Source: Ranitomeya imitator
Taxonomy: Eukaryota
Length of the DNA: 64,000 nucleotides
Assembly: GCF_032444005.1 (NCBI RefSeq)
Contig: NC_091285.1
Location: 683,860,001 to 683,924,000 of the forward strand
Direction of reading: 5' to 3'
Under the pieces are notes generated by a model. That model did no database searches, was not told the DNA's origin, and worked only from the letters and a program-made list of their open reading frames with translations. The number at the start of each line of letters is the position of its first letter. The first letter of the stretch is position 1. This document shows positions 49,381 through 61,570 of the stretch, piece after piece. The position numbers and the translations under genes are program-made.

Positions 49381-50133
49381 TTAGGGTACTGTCACACTAT
49401 ACGATTTACCAATGATCACGACCAGCGATACGACCTGGCCGTGATCGTTGGTAAGTCGTAGTGTGGTCGCTGGAGAGCTGTCACACAGACAGCTCTCCAG
49501 CGACCAACGATGCCGAGGTCCCCGGGTAACCAGGGTAAACATCGGGTTACTAAGCGCAGGACCGCGCTTAGTAACCCGATGTTTACCCTGGTTACCAGCG
49601 TAAAAAAAAACAAACAGTACATACTTACATTCCGGTGTCTGTCCCTTGCCGTCTGCTTCCCGCACTCACTGACTGCCGGCCGTAAAGTGAAAGCACAGCA
49701 CAGCGGTGACGTCACCGCTGTGCTCTGCTTTCACTTTACGGCCAGCAGTCAGTGAGTGCGGGAAGCAGACGGCAAGGGACCTGACGGACACCTGAATGTA
49801 AGTATGTACTGTTTGGTTTTTTTTACATTTACGCTGGTAACCAGGGTAAACATCGGGTTACTAAGCGCGGCCCTGCGCTTAGTAACCCGATGTTTACCCT
49901 GGTTACAAGCGAACGCATCGCTAGATCGGTGTCACACACACCGATCTAGCGATGACAGCGGGAGATCCAGCGACGAAAGAATGTTCCAAACGATCTGCTA
50001 CGACGTACGATTCTCAGCAGGATCCCTGATCGCTGCTGCGTGTCAGACACAGCGATATCGTATGGATATCGCTGGAACGTCACGAATCGTACCGTCGTAG
50101 CGATCAAAATGGCACTGTGTGACGGTACCCTTA
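49381..50133. mobile_element. T2/Kolobok-type MITE
   Basis: TTAGGGTACTGTCACAC...GTGTGACGGTACCCTTA. Confidence 0.85.
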
Positions 50134-50330
50134 TTTAGCACTTATCAAGTATACTCCTAATGCCTAATGTTCTGCGTGCTTTGCCATGAAAATAAAGATA
50201 TTTGCTGAAACTCTTATTTATTCAAATTTCACCAGAAATCTTAAAAGTGGCAAAAAGATCCAGTTTTGGCTACTGCCCTACAAATCCACTTTAAAACACC
50301 CTAAAATCCTACATGAAGACATATTAGAAC

Positions 50331-50624
50331 TAGTGTTGAGTGCAAGCATTCCCTGCTTGAGTTTGCATCGGGTGCTTGAGTACTCACCAAGTATCGCGGG
50401 TGCTTGAATCCCTCCCCCGCATGTTTCACATCTGATAGACAGCCAAAAAAACATGCGGGGATTGCTTGCCATACATGAGCAATCGCCTCATGCTTTTTGG
50501 CTGTCTACAGGTGCAAAATATGTGAAGCGGGGACTCGAGCATGTCAGTTGAGCAAATGTGATACTCAGAGCATTCCAATACACCTGATGCAAACTTAAAT
50601 AGCGAGCACTCGCGCTCAACACTA
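50331..50624. mobile_element. hAT-type MITE
   Basis: TAGTGTTGAG...CTCAACACTA; 8-bp flanks ATTAGAAC and ATTATGAC. Confidence 0.7.
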
Positions 50625-50850
50625 ATTATGACCAGTTAATCCCCTGGAGAAATGGAGACAAACTTGGCTGAAATCAACCAGTCAAGGAGACTTTAGTGGT
50701 GTTGTTGGCTTCAGACAGCAGTATTGTGTGGAATATGATATAAGTTGGAATATATCTTCTTAAGGTACGTTCACACATTCAGCATTTTTCATCATTATTT
50801 GTAGCCAAGATTGGAAGCGGAACAATCAGATGAAAATTATTATAGGAACA

Positions 50851-51504
50851 TGTTGTCAAAATTCAACTGGCGAGTGACCTGGGACAAGGGGGCATCTTTC
50901 CTGACCCTAACACTAGGGGGCACCCTAACTCGCCCTGTTCCCCGGGATACTCTGCCCTTGCCTTATCTCCTACAATAGCACTATGTCTGTCCCACAACCC
51001 CACCCAGGGAAGAGAGGCGCTACTGTGTACCGCTGTACAATGACCTGACATACTAGGGGACAAAGACAAGGGTACAAACAAAATGACACACACACAAAAT
51101 ATACACTCACATATAACAGAGGTATTCACCAGGGTGTGTTGGGAGGGGAGAAAAGTAAGATGGGAAAGGATAAGGAATTTCCAAGTGTACAAACCAAGCA
51201 ACAGTCGCTAATAAACTCCACAAGCTCCCCTTTTCCACACCAGCTCCTCTCACTCCTGATCTATGTAGCTAATGCTAACTCAAACAAGGACCTGCCCAAC
51301 AAGCCAAGCTTTTATAGGGAAGAGGAGTGGTTAACTGAGCACAGCTTAATGCAGGAATTTCCAACATGGCTGATTAACCCCTGTTCTGCTGAAAGAAACA
51401 AACACGTTTAATACACTGGAGAAGCCCTTCTTCTCAGCAGTGGAGTAAGAGCCACCAGACGCTGCGGTCTTCTGGCTCCACTCTGTTGCGGTAACTCCGT
51501 GACA
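50851..51504. mobile_element. Probable solo LTR nested in a MITE
   Basis: TG...CA ends and LTR-like composition; no clean TSD found. Confidence 0.45.
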
Positions 51505-51602
51505 CGTCACCACTTCTGCATTTCTCATCCACTCCAGGCTTTGGCTTACAAATACTCATGTAAAATACTGACCAAATACTAAATGTGTGAATGTGGCTTT
51601 AA

Positions 51603-51930
51603 AGGGAATCTGTCACCTGAATTTGGAGGGAACAATCTTCAGCCATGGAGGCGGGGTTTTTGGGTGTTTGATTCACCCTTTCCTTACCCGCTGGCTGCAT
51701 GCTGGCTGCAATATTGGATTGGAGTTCATTCTCTGTCCTCCATAGGACACACCTGTGCAAGGCAAGATTACCTTGTGCAGGCGTGTACTACGGAGGACAG
51801 AGAATGAACTTCAATCCAATATTGCAGCCAGCATGCAGCCAGCGGGTAAGGAAAGGGTGAATCAAACACCCAAAAACCCCGCCTCCATGGCTGAAGATTG
51901 TTCCCTCCAAATTCAGGTGACAGTGTCCCT
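51603..51930. mobile_element. Near-perfect foldback T2 MITE with TTAA TSD
   Basis: TTAA|AGGGAATCTGTCACC...GGTGACAGTGTCCCT|TTAA; arms of about 150 bp. Confidence 0.92.
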
Positions 51931-52936
51931 TTAAGCAACTAAACTGCTATATCCACTATCCACTTATGAGCCACTTCTTCCAATCCCCAAACTTCTTTAA
52001 CTTTTCATCTGTTCTAAAAAATTTGCTAATGGCAATCATCTTGGTCAAAATAAGTAACACTTCTGGCTCACAGAGATCATATATCTGCTGCCGATTTAGG
52101 TCTATGGAGGCAGGATGAGCAGAGGGAGGCCCAGACATACACACACCTGTTCTGCTGACAGGAGCTAGTCTAGTTTAAATGAATCATGGGAAAATTCATA
52201 CTGACATGTACATTTGTATTCCACATGTAACGGTAACTGTCATTACTATTAGACCGGGGTTACACGAACATATGTTGTATCATGAGAGAGAATCGGACCG
52301 ATTATGCAAATGACACTCCGCTCAAGCACTGTCAGAGCTAGAGCCGACTGTCTGATGACTGTGCTCTGATTCTCTGGCATGAAAGTTATTCCTCTATTGC
52401 CTCCTTTGCCGGCATGCGGGGAGATCGGACTGCAGTCATCTGATTTATACGTCCATGTGGGCGAGACCTTTCGCCCTTCTAGTCCTTTTCCAGCAGGACG
52501 GGAAGGACAGTATCCTTCCTTGATTTAGTGTCAAACTATCATCAGATCAGGTGCCCAAGGAAGTGACAACATGATCGGATGCTCTAACTCCTGTCTCGTC
52601 ATCCAAATCCTTTTGGTCAACCAATGGGACAACCTCTCAATACAATTGGGAGTTAAAACAGGTTTCTGTGTCAAGAAGGCAAAGGACGACAGAAGTTCAG
52701 GGATGCAAAGAAGAGGGTAAGAGAGTGATGGAAGGTTTTGGAATTTTCTTAATCATCTATTAGCCACATGTATTTTTCATTCATTTTAATCAACGGTGGC
52801 CTACTACTTCAGCAGGTGAAATATTGTAGAAACATATCAGGTAGCGTAGCCAAGTATTGCAAAGTGCTGTCAACTGATTTTTTAGAATACGGTACAATTT
52901 TTCTATATGGTCTCTCGATTCCCGTAACTTAGTTAT

Positions 52937-53237
52937 TAGTGATGTGCGAATATACTCGTTACTCGAGATTTCTCGAGCACGCTCGGGGGTCCTCTGAGTA
53001 TTTTTTAGTGCTCAGAGATTTAGTTTTTCTTGCCGCAGCTGCATGATTTACATCTGTTAGCCAGCATAAATACATGTGGGGATTCCCTAACAACCAGGCA
53101 ACCCCCACATGTACTCAAGCTGGCTAACAGATGCAAATCATGCAGCTGCGGCAACAAAAACTAAATCTCCGAGCACTAAAAAATACTCGGAGGACCCCCG
53201 AGCGTGCTCGAGAAATGCGTATAGTCGCTCATCACTA
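52937..53237. mobile_element. hAT-type MITE
   Basis: TAGTGATG...CATCACTA; 8-bp flanks TTAGTTAT and TTACTTAT. Confidence 0.8.
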
Positions 53238-53395
53238 TTACTTATCATCATCATACAATATTTTCAATTAAACATTTCATGCATTCAAATTTCCCCAGAA
53301 ATCTTAAAAGCAGTAGAAAGATCCAATCTTCCCTTCTGATGTTAAAAGAAATTGAAGATTGGCAAATTCAAGAAATTATCAACAAAAATAAATTA

Positions 53396-53467
53396 AGGTC
53401 CCACCGAGATTTGAACTCGGATCGCTGGATTCAGAGTCCAGAGTGCTAACCATTACACCATGTAACC
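53396..53467 (-). tRNA. TRNAQ-CUG: tRNA-Gln(CTG) variant with C5A (acceptor-stem mismatch)
   Basis: 5' end reads GGTTACATGG; otherwise canonical. Confidence 0.8.
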
Positions 53468-53917
53468 TGCTGATGTATCCGTGACATTGACCCTTCTTGG
53501 TTCTTCCAAAAATAGTTTACAAGACAAAAATAGGACTCCGGGGTTTTCAGGCCACACTGGACACAATCCACATCAATGTGAATGCAAATTATTAGGAAAA
53601 ATGTTCAGGTTCCAGACAATTATATAACCTTGTATCATGGTACAGTCAGTATACCGAGTTTTCCCTGTGTCGAGAAGGTAATGGATGACAGAAGTTCAAA
53701 GACAGATTTATGAAGTGATGGAACTTTTGAAATCTTCATTAATCATTTATTAGGCACTTGTATTTTTCAATTTCTTTAGTCAAGATGCAATATTTTGGTT
53801 GATATTATTTGGGCACTGTGTGTTGGCATAAACTGACTCTGATTGTTTTATTTTTTTGTACATTTTTTTTGAGCACCGTATATTGCTATTATTTGTGCTC
53901 TGTGTTTTGTTACTGTA

Positions 53918-54226
53918 TTAAGGTACCTTCACACATAACGATATCGTTAACGAAATCGTTATGTGTGACAGCGACCAACGATCAGGCCCCTGCTGGGAGA
54001 TCGTTGGTCGCTGAACAAAGTCCAGAACTTTATTTTGTCGCTGGATCTCCCGCTGACATCGCTGAATCGGCGTGTGTGACACCGATCCAGCGATGTCTTC
54101 ACTGGTAACCAGGGTAAACATCGGGTTACTAAGCGCAGGGCCGCTGTCTGTGTGACAGCTCTCCAGCGACCAAACAACATCGTTGTCGGTATCGCTGCAG
54201 CGTCGCTTAGTGTGACGGTACCTTTA
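53918..54226. mobile_element. Internally deleted T2-type MITE
   Basis: TTAAGGTACCTTCACAC...GTGTGACGGTACCTTTA. Confidence 0.8.
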
Positions 54227-54613
54227 GCCTTGTAGAGTGGTTTTGTTCTGTATTATCTGGGCTCTTTATATTGGTTTGAGTCCTGTATTTGGCATTGTTT
54301 GGTTGGGAATTTTTGCTACATGTTATTTGAGCACTAGAAGTTGGTGTTATTTGAGATATATATAGTGCTATTATTTTTCCACTGTTTAGTGTTTTTGTTT
54401 GTTTACTTTTTGGTTTTCTATTGTGTATTTGTTGTGTGCATTACCTTTTGATGTTTTATTGTGTATTTGTTTTGTGGATTGTGCATTTGAAGTCTTTTGT
54501 GTTGTGTATTTGTTGCCGGTATTGTGTATCTGTGAATGGGTTGTCTGTACACATGGATGTGTTGGGTCCTCCACAGTGAGAGATGTAGAAATTAAAGTTG
54601 TAGATGTTGAGAC

Positions 54614-54829
54614 TAGTGATGAGTGAGTATACTAGTTGCTCGGGTTTTCCTGAGCACGCTCGGATTCCCTAGCAACCAGGCAACCCCCACATGTACTCAG
54701 TCTGGCTAGTAGCTGTAAATCATCCAGCTGAGGCGATGAAAACTAAATCTCCAAGCACTAAAAAATACTCGGAGGTCACCCGAGCGTGCTCAGGAAAACC
54801 CGAGCAATGAGTACACTCGCTCATCACTA
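54614..54829. mobile_element. hAT MITE with perfect 8-bp TSD GTTGAGAC
   Basis: TSD at 54606-13 and 54830-37; TIRs TAGTGATGAG...CTCATCACTA. Confidence 0.92.
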
Positions 54830-55591
54830 GTTGAGACCAATAAAGAGGAGCATAGTGAAGAAGAGTGTTGAATGGTGCAGATAGATCCAAGGGAATCTGC
54901 AAGGATTTTTATATGAACCAGGATAGAAGAGAGAGGATGTTTTATTAATTGAACCAGCTTACTTGGACACTGCATGTCGGTATTATTTGGGTATTGTAAA
55001 TTAGTACATTAGTTTGGTATAAGTTGGTATTATTATTTTTCTGGCATTGTTTGTGCACTGTATGGTGCCATTATTTGGTTTTTAATACTTAGGAAATGTA
55101 AACTTGTAATTAGTGTTGAGCATTCCGATACCGCAAGTATCGGGTATCGGCCGATATTTGCGGTATCGGAATTCCGATACCGAATTCCGATACTTCCCGC
55201 GTATCGGATACCGGAATCGGAAGTTCCCAGAATTCAAACTGAACGCAGCAGCCAATGAGGAATGATTGGAAGTGTGGGCACATCCTGTTTAGCATGGTGG
55301 GCATGTAAGTACTGGCAAGGCTTGGATTGGCTGCTGAAATGATGTCACTCTGCACTATAAAAAACGCTGCCGCTATTTTGCGCTCACTCTGCTGTGATTT
55401 CAGTTAGGGACAGGACGCTGTGTTCTAACTGAGGGCCAGTCGAGCTAGCTAATTGCTTTATTTTCCTTTCCAAAGGCTAATTTAGCAAAACGCTGTGTGT
55501 TCTTCCCTGTTCACCTTGCTCTTGCCTTGCAGCGCTGTTTTAACAGCGTTCTGCAAGGTCTCTGTGTGTGTGTGTGTGTGCAGCTCACTCT

Positions 55592-57135
55592 GTAGTCTGT
55601 GTGCAGCCATATACCCGGTTGTATTCAGCTCAGGGGGGGTTCACACTGCCTCACACAGTTGTCCTTTTTTGCTCTTAGTGCAGCCTGCTGCACATTTTTT
55701 CTCAAATTTCCTATTAGTGTTTTTCCACCAGTCTCCAGCTCTATTGTGGAAAAACACTACATAGGATAACCTAGAGGGGGGTTTTTGGGCCTTGCAGCGC
55801 CGTTTACGTCTGTCTGCACGGTCTCCGTGTGAGCCCAGCTCGGCCTGTAGTCTGTGTGCAGCCATAGCCGGTTGGATTCAGCTCAGGGTTCGTTACTGGC
55901 TCATACCTTGAGAAAAATTTTACTTTTTTTCAAATAGTGCAGCCTGTTTAAAATTTAAAAAAAAAAAATTCCTATTAGTGTCTTTCCACTCGTATCCAGC
56001 TAAATAGTGGAAAAACACTATATAGGATAACCTAGAGGAGGTTTTTTTGGCCTTGCAGCGCCGTTTACGGCTGTCTGCACGGTCTCCGTGTGAGCCCAGC
56101 TCGCCCTGTAGTCTGTGTGCAGCCATAGCCGGTTGGATTCAGCTCAGGGTTCGTTACTGGCTCATACCTAGAGAAAAATTTAACTTTTTTTCAAATAGTG
56201 CAGCCTGTTTAAAATTTGAAAAACAAAAATTCCTATTAGTGTCTTTCCACTCGTATCCAGCTAAATAGTGGAAAAACACTATATAGGATAACCTAGAGGA
56301 GGGTTTTTTGGCCTTGCAGCGCCGTTTACGGCTGTCTGCACGGTCTCTGTGTGAGCGCAGCTCGCCCTGTAGTCTGTGTGCAGCCATAGCCGGTTGGATT
56401 CAGCTCAGGGTGCGTTACTGCCTCATACCTTGAAAAACAATTTCCTTTTTTTCAAATAGTGCAGCCAGTTTAAAATTTGAAAAAAAAAATTCCTATTAGT
56501 GTCTTTCCACTCGTATCCAGCTAAATAGTGGAAAAACACTATATAGGATAACCTAGAGGAGGTTTTTTTGGCCTTGCAGCACCGTTTACGGCTGTCTGCA
56601 CGGTCTCCGTGTGAGCCCAGCTCGCCCTGTAGTCTGTGTGCAGCCATAGCCGGTTGGATTCAGCTCAGGGTTCGTTACTGCCTCATACCTTGAGAAAAAT
56701 TTTACTTTTTTTCAAATAGTGCAGCCTGTTTAAAATTTGAAAAAAAAAATTCCTATTAGTGTCTTTCCACTCGTATCCAGCTAAATAGTGGAAAAACACT
56801 ATATAGGATAACCTAGAGGAGGGTTTGTTGGCCTTGCAGCGCCGTTTACGGCTGTCTGCACGGTCTCTGTGTGAGCGCAGCTCGCCCTGTAGTCTGTGTG
56901 CAGCCATAGCCGGTTGGATTCAGCTCAGGGTGCGTTACTGCCTCATACCTTGAAAAACAATTTCCTTTTTTTCAAATAGTGCAGCCAGTTTAAAATTTGA
57001 AAAAAAAAATTCCTATTAGTGTCTTTCCACTCGTATCCAGCTAAATAGTGGAAAAACACTATATAGGATAACCGAGAGGAGGGTTTTTTGGCCTTGCAGC
57101 GCCGTTTACGGCTGTCTACACGGTCTCCATGTGAT
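55592..57135. repeat. About 6 copies of a ~260-bp tandem repeat upstream of the hAT ORF
   Basis: GTAGTCTGTGTGCAGCCATA at about 55592, 55847, 56108, 56369, 56629 and 56889. Confidence 0.92.
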
Positions 57136-57347
57136 TTAAACTAGCTCTGTAGCCCGATCTGCACCAAAAAAAAAGTTAAGTTCACCAAACACAACTTAAC
57201 ACTTGTGTAGGCCACATTTGAAAAATAATAAAGTTTAGTCCACAATTTACAACATTAGTGTTTCTTACACCTGTTAGGAGGAGCATTTCAGGAATAAGCA
57301 CACTAAGGCCTTAGTACTTTTCTGCTTATCTTTATCTGTCAACCAAG

Positions 57348-60300
57348 ATGAAGAGGGCAGGGAGTAAGGCACGTGGGCGTGGGCGCGGAGCAGGGAGAGG
57401 AGCAGGGAGAGGACGTGGTGATTCTGTGCCTGCTGCGGGCGCCGGTGACTCGTCGTCACTCAGTTTCAGCAGGGAACAGTCCTTCATGCGCAGCTTTGTC
57501 GGAGAGCGCCGTGCACCGCTGCTACGTGAAGACCAAATTGAAGCCGTTGTCGGGTGGATGGCAGCTAACGCCTCGGCATCGACTTCAGTTAGTGCCACAT
57601 CCTCCCAGGCACAGAGCACTGGAGAGCAGCCATCTGTCTCTTCACCACCTGCCAAATTGGCCAGGCAGTCAGAGAGCCCAGGACAGGAGCCGTCTCTACT
57701 TCTGTTCTCTGAATCTCTTGGCTTAGAAACAGGGGGCCAGCCAAGCAGCATTGGAGAAATGGAAGAAGAGGCAGTGTGCAGTGATGCCCAAAAGCTTTAT
57801 CTCTCTGACTCTGAAGAGGCAGGTGGGCCAGTGCCTCCGGTGACCACAGCGCAGTACGCATCTGATGATGAAACTCAGGTGCCGCTTTTTGATGCGTACT
57901 GTGCTGCCGAGACTACCCAGGAGGAGCAGTTGGTGGCAGAGGGTAGTGGAGATGATGAGGTCCTTGACCCATCGTGGCGTGAGGAACAGGAAGGTGGTGG
58001 GAGCAGCTCTGAGGAAGAGCTTCCCCTTACGGGCCAAAGAGGGAGAGGGAGGGGGAAGACTGCGGAGCCTGTAGCCTCCACTTTGGCACCCGTTAGGAGC
58101 CTGTCTCTTTCCAAAGCCAAAAAGGGCGCTCCCAAGACTTGCAGTGCCTGGTCCTTTTTTGACACAGTTGCAGATGACATTTGTTTTGTCAAATGCAAGC
58201 TGTGTCATCAGAAAGTAAAAAGAGGTAAAAGTGTCAGCAACCTCAATACCACAAATATGTGGAAACATGTGCGGAACAGGCACGCGGTGGAGTTACAGAA
58301 ACACAGTGAAGACGTAGGCCAACCAACAGCGGCAGCTACCACCTCTTCATCTCGTGTTGCCTCTTCCTCCACTGTTGTCCAGAGACCTAGTGTAATTCCA
58401 CCCACAGCACCACCTTCCCAGTCATCCTCACACTCCCAGTCTACTCTACAGCCATCGGTAGTACAGGCATGGGAGAAAAGGCGGGCATTCTCGGCCAACC
58501 ACCCCCGAGCACAGGCTCTGAATGCAGGCATTGCCAAACTGTTGTCCCTGGAAATGCTCTCGTTCAGGCTGGTGGAGACTGACAGCTTCCGTGACTTGAT
58601 GGCATTGGCAGTCCCACAGTACAAGGTGCCCAGCCGCTTTTACTTCAGCAGGCAGGCTGTCCCTGCCCTGCACAGGCATGTTGAGGCAAACATAAAACAT
58701 GCGCTACTGAACGCCGTCAGTAGCAAGGTCCACCTCACCACCGATGCGTGGACCAGTCAGCATGGACAGGGGCGATATGTTTCCCTCACTGCCCATTGGG
58801 TTAATGTTGTTGAGCCAGGTACAGATCGTGCGAGTGGCGCAGGACGTGTCCTGCCCACTCCAAGGATTGCAGGAATCCAGTCTGTACGCATCGACTCCTC
58901 CTCTTACACCAGTTCCTCTGATTCCTCTCTGCAGGATCCGTCACAGTCCACCTCCACATGGACCCGTGAACGTTTACCTATGACCGACATGAGCACAGCC
59001 GTGGCCAAACGTCAGCAGGCCGTCTTGAAACTAGTTTCATTGGGGCATCGAAGCCACACAGCGCAGGAGCTCTGGAATGCCATCAAGCAGGAGAGCGATG
59101 TGTGGTTACTGCCAGCGAATCTCCAGCCAGGCATGGTAGTGTGTGACAATGGCCGAAATCTGGTGGCAGCTTTGGCCCTTGGCAACCTCACTCACATCCC
59201 ATGTCTGGCACATGTGCTCAATTTGGTTGTGCAGAGTTTTCTGAGGGACTATCCGGATCTTGATGCCCTGCTGCACAAGGTCCGCCTAGAGTGTGCTCAC
59301 TTGCAGCGTTCCAGCTTGGCCAGATCCCGCATTGCTGCTCTGCAGCGCCGATTCCGCCTTCCGGAACACCGCATCATATGTGACCTACCTACCCGGTGGA
59401 ATTCCACGTTACATATGTTGGAGCGGTTGTGTGAGCAGCAGCAAGCAGTTATGGAGTACCAGCTGCATCAGGCGCAAAGAAGTCGCAGTCAGCGCCGATC
59501 AGACTTCACAACCACAGAGTGGGCCACTATGAAGGACGTCTGCCAGGTTTTGCGTCCTTTTGATTATTCCACGCGGATGGCAAGTGCAGATGATGCACTA
59601 GTCAGCATGACTGTCCCCCTTATCTGCCTGCTTCAGCAAACTTTGCAAGGGTTAAGGGATGATGTGGTGGAAGAGGTGGAGGATGAGGAGTCACCTTTTC
59701 CATCAGCTTCTGGAGAGTCAGCGCCACGTGGTTCCTCACAAAGGGGTACGCAGGGGCCAATTTGTGAGGAGGATGAGGAGGAGTCAATGGAGGAGGAAGA
59801 GCTCCGTCCAGAGGAGGGAGCGACACAATTGTCCAGTGGTCAGTGTGTACAGCGAGGGTGGGGTGATGACGAGCGGGCAGAGATCATGTCTCAAGCAGGG
59901 GACAGCGTTTCTGGGCCAGTTGGCACTCTGCAGCACATGGTGGATTTCATGCTGCAGTGCCTGAGAAACGACCGCCGCATCGACCACATTCTCAACATGC
60001 CTGATTATTGGGTGTTCACCCTCCTCGATCCTCGCTACCGGGACAACATCCAAAACCTCATCCCTGCGTTGACCCGGGAGCGTAAATTGCGGGAGTACCA
60101 CGACACACTGGTGAATTCCATCATCTTCTCCTGTCCAACTGAGAGGAGTGCTGCTAGTGCTTTACAAAGCAGCTCAGTGCGTCGAGGCAGTGGGGGAGGC
60201 TCTGCCCAAAGAGGGAGCAGAAGCAGTGCCTCTGCCCAAGGCAAGCCCAGTATGGCACAACTCTGGCACACTTTTGTGTGCCCGCCCCAAATGTCTACAC

Positions 60301-60635
60301 CATCACCGGCAGCTCCAGTCAGCAGGAGGCAACGGTTCCGTCAGATGGTGACAGACTACATGGCTTGCCCTCTTACTGTACTCCCAGACGGCTCTTCCCC
60401 GTTCAAGTTTTGGGTCTCTAAGCTGGATACATGGCCAGAGCTAAGCCAGTATGCATTGGAGGTGCTGGCTTGCCCTGCGGCTAGTGTCTTATCGGAACGT
60501 GTCTTTAGTGCCGCAGGTGGTGTACTAACAGACCGTCGCATGCGACTATCCTCCGATAACGTTGACCGGCTTACTTTCCTGAAAATGAACCAGGCCTGGA
60601 TCTCACAGGAATTTGCCACTCCTCTGCCTGATTAA
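57348..60635 (+). CDS. hAT transposase with BED zinc finger, 1095 aa, uninterrupted
   Basis: AWSFF...CKLC...HVRNRH (BED), TTDAWT, VCDNG, CLAH, PTRWNS, and the SVLSERVFS dimerisation motif. Confidence 0.95.
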   Translation: MKRAGSKARGRGRGAGRGAGRGRGDSVPAAGAGDSSSLSFSREQSFMRSFVGERRAPLLREDQIEAVVGWMAANASASTSVSATSSQAQSTGEQPSVSSPPAKLARQSESPGQEPSLLLFSESLGLETGGQPSSIGEMEEEAVCSDAQKLYLSDSEEAGGPVPPVTTAQYASDDETQVPLFDAYCAAETTQEEQLVAEGSGDDEVLDPSWREEQEGGGSSSEEELPLTGQRGRGRGKTAEPVASTLAPVRSLSLSKAKKGAPKTCSAWSFFDTVADDICFVKCKLCHQKVKRGKSVSNLNTTNMWKHVRNRHAVELQKHSEDVGQPTAAATTSSSRVASSSTVVQRPSVIPPTAPPSQSSSHSQSTLQPSVVQAWEKRRAFSANHPRAQALNAGIAKLLSLEMLSFRLVETDSFRDLMALAVPQYKVPSRFYFSRQAVPALHRHVEANIKHALLNAVSSKVHLTTDAWTSQHGQGRYVSLTAHWVNVVEPGTDRASGAGRVLPTPRIAGIQSVRIDSSSYTSSSDSSLQDPSQSTSTWTRERLPMTDMSTAVAKRQQAVLKLVSLGHRSHTAQELWNAIKQESDVWLLPANLQPGMVVCDNGRNLVAALALGNLTHIPCLAHVLNLVVQSFLRDYPDLDALLHKVRLECAHLQRSSLARSRIAALQRRFRLPEHRIICDLPTRWNSTLHMLERLCEQQQAVMEYQLHQAQRSRSQRRSDFTTTEWATMKDVCQVLRPFDYSTRMASADDALVSMTVPLICLLQQTLQGLRDDVVEEVEDEESPFPSASGESAPRGSSQRGTQGPICEEDEEESMEEEELRPEEGATQLSSGQCVQRGWGDDERAEIMSQAGDSVSGPVGTLQHMVDFMLQCLRNDRRIDHILNMPDYWVFTLLDPRYRDNIQNLIPALTRERKLREYHDTLVNSIIFSCPTERSAASALQSSSVRRGSGGGSAQRGSRSSASAQGKPSMAQLWHTFVCPPQMSTPSPAAPVSRRQRFRQMVTDYMACPLTVLPDGSSPFKFWVSKLDTWPELSQYALEVLACPAASVLSERVFSAAGGVLTDRRMRLSSDNVDRLTFLKMNQAWISQEFATPLPD

Positions 60636-61570
60636 GTAATTGGGTGTCATCCAGGTCTCCTGCTGTGTTCATCTTTCTACCACCTGAACTGCTATTCCTG
60701 GGCTCCAACACCGCCAGTTGCGGCTCAGAAGTGCAGGCTGCACAGTAAAAACATACGACCCAGTGTTATTGGGTTTCAGTAACGTCAGCTGATGCCCAGC
60801 TGTGTAGCCGGCAATGTGTCCTGCGACCGCCACGCTGGCACAACAACCTAAATGTAAGGGAACCTCGCCCCCCCCCCCCGTCGTTTGTTACTGAAAGAGC
60901 CATCTTGTGCAGCAGTAATGCTGCACAAGGAAAAGGTAGCTCTTTTTTTTTAGCTCCTTGCACACGCAGAACTTAACACTTATAAAATGTGTTCACTGAT
61001 ACCGTTATACCGTCCCGGAGCTGGGACTTTCCTTCGTAATGTGACGCAGCACAGCCGTCATTCCTACCCCCTTGGTGCCATGCGCTGCCTCCTCAGCGTT
61101 GTTTTAAGCTGTCACGGAGCTTGCGCTGTTCTGTTATCCCTTGGGCATGCCCTATTTGCGCTGCCTGTCTTCTGACATAATTTGGTGTCAGGCTGGCTGC
61201 GCCTGTGCGGCCGCGCTGCCAGAGATCCCGCCTCGCAGTGTCTTCTGATTGAGTCACACTGCGGGCCTGGGATCCATGGGCATGCGCAGTGCATATCTTC
61301 CCCTCGGGCTCTCGCTCATTTCCCTCCGCCTTCTTTAGACTGTGCGCCGTCAGCTGATCCCTAGCATGCCACGGCCGTGACACCGCACAGTCTGAAGAAG
61401 AGGGAAGGAGGGGAGTGAGAGTCGAGGTTATGCACTGTGCATCAGAGAAAAGAAAAAAAAAGTTGAATTCCAGCTCCTTAAAACATGACGTTTATTGTAT
61501 CCAAATAAAAAATCCAAATGTCCATGGTGTGCAACCTCCCACCGGTAAGTGCCTGGGATGACAGAGATAA

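Larger units (their letters stand above)
55111..61440 (+). mobile_element. Autonomous-type hAT transposon; right end not seen (interrupted by the Penelope-like element)
   Basis: Left terminus TAGTGTTGAGC, clustered CCGATAC/GTATCGG subterminal motifs, and a long transposase ORF. Confidence 0.85.

Noticed and set aside
52500-52760. Faint ABC-ATPase-like spacing (ILCLLD...H...LNQGRIL) in the minus-strand translation of the conserved spacer
   Set aside because: There is no Walker A or signature motif, stops are shared between copies, and frames are inconsistent; probably chance.
16350-53467. tRNA copies as SINE heads
   Set aside because: They are full-length canonical tRNAs with T4 terminators, no SINE body or tail, and no individual TSDs. 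They were amplified together with their spacers.
55641-56907. Repeated ~70-aa ORFs (MAAHRLQGEL...)
   Set aside because: They are translations of the 260-bp tandem unit; homopolymer indels shift their ends.
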